From: Ginglymostoma cirratum | Taxonomy: Eukaryota | Direction: 5' to 3' | Length of the DNA stretch: 64,000 bases | Assembly: GCA_024137785.1 (NCBI GenBank) | Contig: JAHRHZ010000002.1 | Span: forward strand, 10,024,358-10,088,357 | Shown: piece after piece, positions 25,226 to 35,774 of the stretch | How positions within the stretch are numbered: the stretch's first letter is position 1 | Layout: every line of letters begins with the position of its first letter | The notes under the pieces: model-generated | Told to the model about the DNA's origin: nothing | Database searches by the model: none | The model's input: the letters and a program-made list of their open reading frames with translations, nothing else | Program-made: the position numbers and the translations under genes

Positions 25226-25354
25226 ATAATGACGGGAGCAGCACAGCTGAGTCCAAGTCAAATACCTCTCCATTTGTCTTTGCAATGGCGGCGGAGTTGT
25301 CTCTCCTGTTCATCATGGTGGTTATAATCATTGTCATGCGCTGCCAAAAGACCG
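25226..25354 (+). CDS. NCR3-like: NKp30-like receptor, stalk and transmembrane exon
   Basis: Acceptor TTTCTCACAG; DNDGSSTAESKSNTSP-FVFAMAAELSLLFIMVVIIIVM-RCQKT; donor G/GTAACA; 129 nt, phase 1/1. Confidence 0.85.
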
Positions 25355-25389
25355 GTAACAATCCGAATTCGTGTGCCTGTGAGTATCAT

Positions 25390-25985
25390 AGTCATATCAT
25401 CATACAGCACAGAAACAGGCCCTTAATTCCACTCGTCTATGTCGACCAGCTTTTCCACACTAAACTAATCTTATTTGCGTGCTTTTGGCCCATATCCCTT
25501 GAAGCGTTTGCTATTCATATCCCTGTCCAAATGTCTTTCCAGTGTTGTAACTGCAGCACTTCTGCTGGCAGTTCACTCCATATGCGCATCACCCTCTTTG
25601 TTTAAAACGATGCCCCTGCGGTCCCGCTTAACGGTTTCTCCTCTCATTTTAAACCTATGCCCTCTGGTTTTGAACGCCCCTACTATAGGGAAAGTACCTT
25701 TTTAGTATCCTTGCCCCAGCAGACGAGAACTGTATGCAATTCTCTAAAGGTGTCCTGTACAGTCACAACATGACATCCCAACTCCCATACTCAATGCACT
25801 GACCGATGAAGTCAAGCATGCCAAATGCCTTCATTACCTCCCTGTCTACCTGCGATCCCACTTTCAAGGAAGTATCTGCTTGAATCACTCGGGGTCTCTG
25901 TTCCACAACACTCCCCAAGGCCCTACCATTAACTACGTATGTCCTGCCCTGGCGTGTCTTAACAGGATGCAACATCTCACTGTCG
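25390..25985 (-). mobile_element. CR1 3' fragment in intron
   Basis: Minus ORF remnant NGRALGSVVEQR..KAFGMLDFIGQCIEY and CR1 tail. Confidence 0.75.
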
Positions 25986-26267
25986 ATGTATGAACGATGC
26001 TAACTTTGCAAGTTTTAACCTGTAAGTCGGCCAGGTTGAGTTGGAACGCTGGCTATAAACTCCCCGAGTCCGCTCACCAATTTGCTTTGAATTGAGAGTA
26101 GTATTGTGGTTCTTGGTGAGTGAAAACAGCGCAGCCTCCCTCACATTGGGCTGTTTCTCAAGGAGGGATTTCAGTCAACTTGGACGATACATTATTTCAT
26201 TAAGGAGTAAACTTAATTATGGGCTCAGAAATTTAATAATTCTGTTACTACTTTCCTTTCTCCACAG

Positions 26268-26289
26268 CCACTCCCGAGCAACCCGAAAG
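26268..26289 (+). CDS. NCR3-like: NKp30-like receptor, cytoplasmic micro-exon (ATPEQPE)
   Basis: Strong pyrimidine tract CTTTCCTTTCTCCACAG; donor AAG/GTAACT; 22 nt, phase 1/2. Confidence 0.7.
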
Positions 26290-26400
26290 GTAACTGGCTG
26301 CATAGAATCTGTTATTTGATATCCGATCTGGTATTTCCCTTGTTGTCTGTGTTTTCTTCAACATCTAACTTCCCTGCTGTCCATTTTATTTTTGCTACAG

Positions 26401-26435
26401 GCCAGTTCCCCTGTACGCAGAGATCCATAAGGGAG
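26401..26435 (+). CDS. NCR3-like: NKp30-like receptor, cytoplasmic exon (RPVPLYAEIHKG)
   Basis: Acceptor TTTTTGCTACAG; donor GAG/GTGAGT; 35 nt, phase 2/1; carries a YAEI tyrosine motif. Confidence 0.78.
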
Positions 26436-26927
26436 GTGAGTAACACAGAGAAATATGCATAATATCTTTTTTTTAAAAAAACGAACTACTACTGGGTTCA
26501 ATGGAATGAATTTGACTTCTCCTTGATGGGGTGGTTAATTGTATTTTTTGACAGTTATAATCTGAAAATCTGTCAGAAACTAGGGCATAAAGATTAACGA
26601 TGATTTAGAGAAAGCCAAGGGGTCATATAGATTTTCTCTCTTAACTCAGCGAATCACTGTTATCTGGAATACATTGACTGATGGGAAGACAGATGAAATA
26701 CGATAAGAGAAATTTTCGTGGAGAAATGGATATTTCAAAGGAGGCGAGTTGCAGGATTCATTGGAAAAAAAGTAGCAAATTGGACCTGATTGGCAACATT
26801 TATATATATATATGCTGTTATCAATGTTGCATCCTATAATATTAAGGTGCCGGTACTGTATTTTAATGTATAACCCTAAGAGAAGTGTACTGAATTAGAC
26901 GATATTAATTGCTTCTCTGTTGCCTAG

Positions 26928-26968
26928 AGACCAGCTGTGTCCGCTCTGAAAGCAGAAGAACCAACCAG
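26928..26968 (+). CDS. NCR3-like: NKp30-like receptor, cytoplasmic exon (ETSCVRSESRRTNQ)
   Basis: Acceptor CTTCTCTGTTGCCTAG; donor CAG/GTACGT; 41 nt, phase 1/0. Confidence 0.7.
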
Positions 26969-28428
26969 GTACGTAACTCGCATTACAATATCAGTGAACT
27001 TGGTAACCTGGTTGTTAATATTTCCAGCTAGATTGTAACCATCGTCATTGTGCAGATCGAGATGAAGAAGCGAGGACTCTCGTAGCACAATCATAGAATA
27101 CCTCTGGTTTAACAGGTCTGGGATCTAGTCCCACCTGCTCCAGAGGTGTGTTGTAGCCTCTCTGAACAGATTGGTTCAAACACATCTGGATAAATACGCA
27201 AAGTTCGGGGTACTGATTGGTGCTTTTGATGATGTGTGTGAGATTTTCGGCTTGCCCCGCTGGCTTGCATTGTGTCCCTTTCCAGAGGCAAGTTTTAGGC
27301 ACAGCTACGGTAAATTGGAAACAAATAGAAATATCGGAATTCAACAGAGAGCAGTCAAGGAAATGTGTGAAATGAAAACGGAATGGTCCAGAAATTAAAA
27401 AAAAATACTAAGGCCATTCTGGTTTGAGATGAGGAAAGACCGCTTCACGAAGAGTGTTGCGTATCAATAGTCTTCTCTTGTCCCGATTGTTGGGTCAATG
27501 AGTTCATCAGAGACTGAAATCGGTAGATTATTCAGTTGTTGACGAACCAAAGGGCATGGTTGGTGGGAAAAGGAATTGATGTCGTTGGCCTAGACGTTTA
27601 TACCAATGTGTACAGACGTGCTATTACAGATATCTGGGATGCGATGGGACTTGAACTGAGGTTGTCTGCCCCAGAGGTTGGGACACTGCCAATGTCTCAT
27701 AGGCCCTCCCATCATCAATTGCTTCATCAATGACCTTGAGATTGCATCGAATGCTCTCAGAATTTAAAGGGTCACTGGACCCGAAACGTTAACTTTAATT
27801 TATCTTCATAGATCTGCTGCCAGATCTGCTGAGTATTTTCTCTCTATTTCTGTTTCTGTCTCTCAGTATTTGTTCGGTTGTCCATCTTCCCTGTTTTGTT
27901 CTCGCTGTTGTTTCTATTAAGGTTTAGATCAAACTCGTCTTTGCTGTCACATTTCAGCGTCTCTTCTGTTGAATTTTAATGGTTTCTTTCTAACTCACAC
28001 GTCTATTATCTGTTCAGCGATCAATCACTTTTTTTCATATCCGATGAAGCACATGCGAACGCTCTTGTTTATTTCGGCGTGTATAGCAAGTTTTGTCTCT
28101 TGTTCGTCTTCTAATTCCAGAATGTATTTCTCCAATCTCTGCATCAAGTGTTTCGTTATTTTTTTCCGCTGTGGTTTCCAAGATCAGTTTTAAAGAGATG
28201 ACACTTTGAGCCCCAGTCCTGAATGCCTGCACTCCATTGATCTTGGTTTCAATGGCCTTTTAACTAGTAATTGACCTCTTGAGTCACTTCGAATGTATTT
28301 GCAGGATGGAGGTTGTTGATGTATTTGAACAGCGTGTCTCAGGTTGTGTTTTAGACACTATACTGTTTCTGACTCGCGGCTCTACACTCGATTTGCGCCA
28401 GTTCACGCCAACGCTTTAACCTCAATAG

Positions 28429-28635
28429 GACGATGACGGGATTCAATACACCGCGATCAATGCGCAGGAGGAAAGTCGATGTGTGCTCCCGGTGAATGAG
28501 CAGACAGTGACCTATGCTGCAGTGAAGAAAACGAGGCAGAAGCGATTCAGCGATGTGAAGCACCGCGAGAGGGTGATAGAGGAAGCTATCCCCCCACCTC
28601 TCCCACCCACCACCACCCAGGGATCTCGCCTTTAA
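28429..28635 (+). CDS. NCR3-like: NKp30-like receptor, terminal exon with two ITIMs
   Basis: Acceptor CTTTAACCTCAATAG, phase 0: DDDG-IQYTAI-NAQEESRCVLPVNEQT-VTYAAV-KKTRQKRFSDVKHRERVIEEAIPPPLPPTTTQGSRL-stop. Total model is 819 nt, 272 aa. Confidence 0.82.
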   Translation, partial: DDDGIQYTAINAQEESRCVLPVNEQTVTYAAVKKTRQKRFSDVKHRERVIEEAIPPPLPPTTTQGSRL

Positions 28636-28864
28636 TTTCTCGGGAGACTCTGTAAGGCAGCCGAAGTTGGAGTGCTGGTGCTGAAGGGAATTGTTCACCA
28701 GTCGTCCAGCTTCTGAGTGAGTTGCATCCGTTTACACACATGTTGCAAGGAATTGCAAACTGAAATGTCTTTAACATTTAGGCTGCTCGGTATGAGTTGT
28801 AAAATCTTGCTGCCTTTGATCGATATGTTTTCACCCTCTCTTTTGAACGGTATCGTGCCACTGA

Positions 28865-28870
28865 AATAAA
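28865..28870 (+). terminator. Candidate polyadenylation signal of the NKp30-like gene
   Basis: AATAAA 230 nt after the stop; a second one at 28998-29003. Confidence 0.4.
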
Positions 28871-30513
28871 CAGGTTGAAGCAAATACTAAAAACACAGTC
28901 AACATCTTGTATGTTCGCCCTCGTCGGTATCCAAATGCACCCAGTTTCAGTCCATAACTCCACTGGCCTGCTCATGCTCCTTTTTATCTAATTTGAAAAT
29001 AAAACAGGGAGAACTGAAGGACGGTCTACCAAATGCCTGTCTGAAGGAGACATTCTGGCATCTGTGTGGCAACACCTCTGTGTAAGAGAAACTGCACAGA
29101 ACAACCTCTCTCTTAAAGGCACAGTACCGTCACACATTGTCAACCTTTCCTTTCCTCTTTACTATCGTTCAGTTTTGAATACGTGTCTCTCTTTGGCTCC
29201 TAAAGAGTGACAGAGAGATATTCAACTTGAGATCACAATGCCAGTATTCCTAATGACTGAGATGCTGACGTTTTAAGGATTTCGAAGCTATTATTCCCGA
29301 CACCACTGAGTCCAATCCTTCCCTTGAGACACTGACATTACAGCCATCAGCATGACAGGCCCCTGTGAGGCATGTTCTAACCAATCTGCACAAAAGATGT
29401 TAGTGCATGCCCGTAGAGCAAGTGGGGGTTGAACACTGATCTTTTAGCTCAGAGGCAGTGACAATAACACTGTGCCACAACGACGCTGACCTCCTTGTGA
29501 AGTTACTGAAGTTGTAGGACTGGATGGTGATGTTATTCATCATTGTGGCGTCGGCGATGACGTAGGGCGCCAGGAACACCCACAGCCAGGTGACGGAGAG
29601 AGTTGTCATCAATGAGGTAGAGAAGTTCTAACATCACCGGGATAAGGAGGGGACCAGTGGTAGTCGACGCAGGTCGATTGGGCGGAATGGCTTACGCCTG
29701 TTCTTGTATATCTTGCATTCAACTGTTGTCTGGTTCAAGACAGGTTTCCTGCCCTTCAAGACAGGAAACCTGCAGTCCTTGTCAGGCCTGCCTAATGTGA
29801 CTCAAGCCCCACAATAAGGTAGGTGTTTCTGAAAGGCCCTCTGAAAATGTCCGGACTAAACAATCAGAAAAGGGCAACAAATACTGGCATTTGAACCTAT
29901 GCAAGAATGCCATGAATGCGTGAACTAAAAGATATGCGCTCCCATCCCAAGGAGTCTTCACCCCAAAATATGTCACCTTACCTGATGCATTTGAGTACGG
30001 GCAGGTAAATGGAGTTAGGCTCCATGATCTCATCAGGTAAGATCTCATTGAATGGCAGAACCAGCTGAAGGGGCTGGATGGCCACCTTCTATTCATATGT
30101 TGCAAATGCTTGCTGTGTGCAAATTTCCGCTGGACCTAAAATAGCTACACTTGGGGGAAAAAATTCATAGGAGCAATGTGATTTGGGAGGGTCTCATTCA
30201 CCAGACAAAACAGAGAATTTTGGAAAAACTGAGCAGGCCAGGCAGCATCTATGGAGACAGAGAGACAGAGTAAAAGTTTCGAATCCAGTGACCGTTCTTC
30301 AGAATTGGTAACAACAGCTGTCTCAACTTTAATACTGAGTTCCGTGACTGAAGAATCAAGGACTAAAAGCCAAATGTTTTAGTCAAAGGTTTTTTTTTGA
30401 TCCTCAAAACTTGAAACATATAAAAGAATCAATGTTGTCCTGAATTATCACTGAAAGAAAAACATTCTAATTGAATTTACTGTGACTTTGCTCTTCCTTC
30501 CAACAGCGTTTGC

Positions 30514-31039
30514 CAACCAAAAGATCTGCGGATGCTGTAAATCGGCAACAAAAACAAAGTTGCTGGAAAAGCTCAGCAGGTCTGGCAGCATCTNNNNNNN
30601 NNNNNNNNNNNNNNNNNNNNNNNNNNNNNNNNNNNNNNNNNNNNNNNNNNNNNNNNNNNNNNNNNNNNNNNNNNNNNNNNNNNNNNNNNNNNNNNNNNNN
30701 NNNNNNNNNNNNNNNNNNNNNNNNNNNNNNNNNNNNNNNNNNNNNNNNNNNNNNNNNNNNNNNNNNNNNNNNNNNNNNNNNNNNNNNNNNNNNNNNNNNN
30801 NNNNNNNNNNNNNNNNNNNNNNNNNNNNNNNNNNNNNNNNNNNNNNNNNNNNNNNNNNNNNNNNNNNNNNNNNNNNNNNNNNNNNNNNNNNNNNNNNNNN
30901 NNNNNNNNNNNNNNNNNNNNNNNNNNNNNNNNNNNNNNNNNNNNNNNNNNNNNNNNNNNNNNNNNNNNNNNNNNNNNNNNNNNNNNNNNNNNNATGCTGC
31001 CAGACCTGCTGAGCTTTTCCAGCAACTTTGTTTTTGTTC
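30514..31039. mobile_element. Young Penelope-type inverted-repeat insertion spanning an assembly gap
   Basis: Near-perfect inverted arms on both sides of the N run; TSD CAGCGTTTGC at 30504-30513 and 31040-31049. Confidence 0.75.
30594..30993. other. Assembly gap (400 N)
   Basis: N run. Confidence 1.
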
Positions 31040-32010
31040 CAGCGTTTGCAAACATCCTGATTATAGACATGCAACCACTTAATGATTAAAATCGCGCTGC
31101 TCCGATCTATGTGCCATTCAGCACATTTCTGCATGATTGAAATACACCATGTTGGGCAATCAGATCGAGCAAACTGCCTGAGATTCGAAGCCATGCGTTC
31201 AGGACTTTATTTGGAAATGGAAACGAAGAAAAGAAGCACAGATTACCAATGCTGTCATGAACAGAAAGCGGAAGAATCCAGACCACTCCATTCTCCCTGA
31301 ATTAATTCACCATCTTATTAACAACACTTATCTGAAAACACGCTCCCTTACCGTTTTCAGCATGTTTGCGAATAGCCTTCAGGGAGATTTGATGCCTCTC
31401 CTGCGGCATATGCTCCCCATCTTGAAAATGAAAACGGAAAGGAATGAGAGGACGGATCAGCTCAACTCGCTCTCCTTGCAACTGATTTGATCGCCGGTTT
31501 TCCCCAGACATCTACATTCTCCAATTTTTTATTTTGTTTTGCAGATGTATTTTCTGACCATTTCGACCAGAACAAAGGATTTGTTGGCTTTCACGGCGAC
31601 AAACTGCATTTTAGCGTTTTTGAACTCCATCTGCAAGTTCCCCTCCAAATCACCCAGCATCCTGCTTTGGAAATATAATGACTTCCCTTCACCGTCGCTG
31701 CGTCAAACTCCAGAAGTTCGTTCCCTGATGGCATTGTAGATGAACATACAGCACACGGACTGCAGCGGTTCAAGAAGGCAGCTCACCATCACCTTCTTAA
31801 GGGGGCAATTAGGGATGGGCAATCAATGCTGGGCCCAGTCAGTGACACCTACATCCCATGAATAAATAACAATTAAAAAAAAAACACTACCCCACCGTTC
31901 CTTGTGGAGGGGGCTACCCATCAATAACCTGAAAGTTACTCACAGTGAGTTGTAAAGGTAAATGGCCACCTGTTAATGGTAGCACACAGGTAACCGTGAG
32001 ATTTCTGCAC

Positions 32011-33407
32011 TTTCAGATCAATGACTGTCAGGTTTTGCTTCATTTGAAGCACTTTGGGACATGCTCCTGCATTAAACACGAGGTAAATACAACTAAAAGC
32101 AAAGTGCCGTGGATGTTGGCAATCTGAAATCAAAACAAAAAGTGCCAGGAAAACGCAGCAGCTCTAACAGCATCTGTGCAAAGACAAATAGTGCTAATGT
32201 TTTAAGTCCGCAGCAATGCCAGTGTGAAGTATGAAGCAACTCTTAAAATTGTTTTCTCTGTTCTCCTCGCTGACACAATCGTACGTGAGTTTCTTCCCCT
32301 TTTCCATTCTCCTTTCCTTGGATTTTCACCTCCATCGAGATAATCCAAGTCATTTTCTTTCTCTTAAACAGACAATTTTCAATGAGAGGTCATTTGGCGG
32401 GAGAAATGACTTTTAACCCCGTCTTCAGCGTCCGACTTTGACAGGACAGCATCATGATCATATTTGTCCGCGAGGGGGCCCTGTAAAATATAACTCACTC
32501 GATGGTATCGCTAACTTCATTGGTGCAGTTTCAACAACGCGGATATACACCAAGCGATGGAAAGATGGGTTCGAATAGATAGGTGTTTGTTTTTGTCTGG
32601 CACAGACACGATAAGCCAATGGGCCATTTTGTCCTGTAGATTTCTACGACTCGATGACTCTAAAGGTGACTGGAAACCCTCAAGTTAATTCATGAGACGG
32701 TTGGCTGGAGTATGAATAGAGTTATTGAGCCAACAGTTTCAATTCCACTTGAGAGGTCAATATCAACATCAATATCATTCAATATAACCAACTGAGGTTA
32801 ACGAGTGAAATGAATAGAGTCAACAGATATTTACACTTCTGCAGGAAAGAGTATAAATTTATCAAAAATAACAAAAGTGAGTAATATTAATGATTTTAAC
32901 TTCTACTATTGTCGGGCTGACTTGAAAAATTTAAAATGTTTACCCAAAAGAAGTGCTGTGCAAGGGGAGATCCACAATAGTGCAGGATCATAGACCCCTT
33001 GGCAAACATTATAAACTTTTGCAATTTGGTCACAAAGTCAAGAGTGTACAGAAAGTAGATCAGGGGGCTGAGCAGGCAGCCTTACGGGGCACCTCTGTTG
33101 AGGATTATCATGCAGGTGGTGTTGTCGCCTATTCTCACTGATTGCAGTCTTTTGGGTGAGGAAGTCGAGGACCCAGTTGCATTGGGAGGAGCACAGACCT
33201 TGGTGTCGAGTTTGGAGATTAGCACTGTTTGTCTTTGCACAGATGCCGTTAGAGCTGCTGCGTTTCCCTGGCACTTTTTGTTTTGATTTCAGATTGCCAA
33301 CATCCACGGCACTCTGCTTTTAGTTGTATTTATGTCAAGTGTTTAATGCAGGAGCATGTCCCAAAGTGCTTCAAATGAAGCAAAACCTGACAGTCGTTGA
33401 TCTGGAA
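32011..33407. repeat. Inverted repeat pair of about 190 bp (32011-32198 and 33218-33407)
   Basis: The reverse complement of the right arm matches the left arm with only scattered differences. Confidence 0.9.
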
Positions 33408-34857
33408 TTATAGTGTTGAAGGCTGATCTGTCATCAATAATTAGAAGCCTGATAGAGAGATCCTTGTTATCGAGATGAATATTAGATTTTTCAAAGCCTG
33501 TCCATTTAGTGTGGTAATAGTGTCACAAAACACATTGGAATGTATTCTGATATGTGAAGGTGAAGTTTGTCCCTAGTAGACTGTGCAGTTGTCAAGCTTA
33601 CTGATACTGTCTCAAGCAGATGCCATTGCGGCAGGCAGATCGGTAAGGGTGAGGTCCAGCTATATTTTGCCATCTTGTTTATTCACATATCAACTCCTAC
33701 AGAGCCAGTCTCATAATCAGGTCCTCAGGGCATATTGCATAAGATTAAAAGCTCCTTGTGTAAATGGTTGCATTTTAGCATGGATAAAGATTTGCTGGTT
33801 AACAGGAAGCAGAGTGAATGTGTGAATGAATTGCTATCAAGGGAGCAAGATGTAATGAGAGTTTCATGATGATCATTATTGAGACTCAACTGTTTACAAT
33901 TTCCATGAAAAGTTGGATGAAATGACTGCCAAATTTGCTGATGACACAAAGCCATGTTGGAAAATAGTTTGTGATGAGGATACAAACAGGTTACAAATAG
34001 GTTTGACAGTTCAAATGTGTGAGCAGTGAATTCTCAATTGGAGTATAATGTGGGGAAATAAGAAATTATCTATTTTGGCAGGAACAATAAGGAGAACCAT
34101 TTACCAAATAATAAGATTTTGAAGTGCTCTAAGATGCACTGAGAAAAGGATGTTCTTGGTCATGAACCCCAAAAAGATCAGAATGAGAGTGAAGTAATTG
34201 GGAAAGCTAACAGAATGTTATCATTTATTGAATACAATGGTAGGGAGGATATGCCTCAATTATGCGGTAAAAAGGGAAAGACTGCATCTGGAGTATTATG
34301 CACTGTGTTGGTCACAACAGACATAGGAGGCAGTTTAGAGAATGTGAAGTAGATTAATACCTGGGATTGGTGGGTTTTCTTCTGACCAAATTTTGGACAG
34401 GACAGGCTTGAATCAATTTGAGTTTGGAAAACAGTGGGCAATTTGCTTGACTAGTAAAAGTTCCTGAGAAATCTTAGCAGGTTAAATGTGGGAAAGATGT
34501 TCCTCTTTTGATAGAACCTAGAATGAAGTTTAAAAATCAAGGTGACCCATTTTACAATAGAGATTATGTGAACATCTTTCTCTAGGAGGGGCATGAGTCC
34601 TTGGAACATGCTTTTGGAAAATGACTGGAAGCAGTGTTCCTGAATATCTTTTAAGGCAGAGCTGTATAGATTCTTCACAGCCCCTCAAGCCCTTGCTTAT
34701 TGTGGTTAGATTGGAATGTACATTTGAGGTTACATTCAAATCAGCCAAGTGGCAAATCAGGCATGAGGGAATAAAAGGTTTACATCTCATCCTGATTGGT
34801 ATATTTATATGAAAATAGAAGTAGGTTTGTTGATGGGAAACAGTGAGAATTTTCTCT

Positions 34858-35774
34858 TTAGTTGTTCACATTTGCTTTATTAGTCAATTGAATAATGAAT
34901 GAAAATGGATAATGCACTGCATTTTTCAACTGCTGTCTGAATCTGGACTGAGTCACCCCATAAATAAATGCATTTGTACAACAATTTATTTCCGCCAGCA
35001 TAACTCCTACATGTTGGAAAATGTATAAAGATTCATTGTAGTTCTGTGGATTAACTCCAGCAATGTTATAATATAAGAAGTTTAGAACATATAAAAACCA
35101 CAGGAGTATGAAACTGCCAGATATGGTGAAGAGTAAAATCATAGACTTTCTCCTGCTTTCCATTTCTGGGTCAGGGTGATCTTCTGTCTTTTTCTGATTC
35201 ATCAGTCTCTTACGGACTTGACTTGTCCCTAATATATATCTGACTGTGAAAGCATTTAATAATAAAATTAAAACAAATGGGGTCGATGGGGTTAAAACCC
35301 TATCAAACCAACTAAATGCTACCCAACCAGGATCACTATAATAGCTTGGCTTTGCATTACAAAACCAGGGAACATTTTCAATTTCTTTTACAGATTTGTA
35401 TACAAAGTAAAAAGGCAAGTTTTTAAAACAGAACAAAATCCATGTTGTTCCTAGAACTACAATCACAGTTTTCTTGGTGCAGTATTTTATTTTTAGCTTT
35501 TGATGACAAATGGCCACAAAACGGTCAAAGGAGAATGCGATGGTGAAACAGACAGAACAGTCTCTATATATATGAAACAGGACAATGAGGCCACGACATA
35601 CAGGTGTAATGCTCAAAAATGATCCTGGAAAGTAATACAAGCTGATCCGTAAGAGTATGAACTCAAGGATAATGAACTGTAGATCTGCTGTTGCCATGCT
35701 CACAAGGTAGCAAGTGGTACAGGTGGAAAGGCCACATTTTCCGCGGGATAAGATCAAAATTGCCACTAAATTAG
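34858..35774 (-). CDS. GPR139-like: GPR139/GPR142-like GPCR, gene B, exon 2 (model 37522-37585 + 34858-35774, 326 aa)
   Basis: YLVSMATAD, FSFDRFVAIC, FILLW, NCCTNAFIY..QSRFR; acceptor TTTCTCTTGTTTACAG, phase 1. Confidence 0.92.

Noticed and set aside
27028-28320. Alternative terminal exons at about 27056, 27958 and 28305
   Set aside because: They give only 4-9 residues; the 28429 exon is in phase and encodes two exact ITIMs. Minor use cannot be excluded.
30448-31194. Long ORFs across the N run
   Set aside because: Artifacts of the gap.
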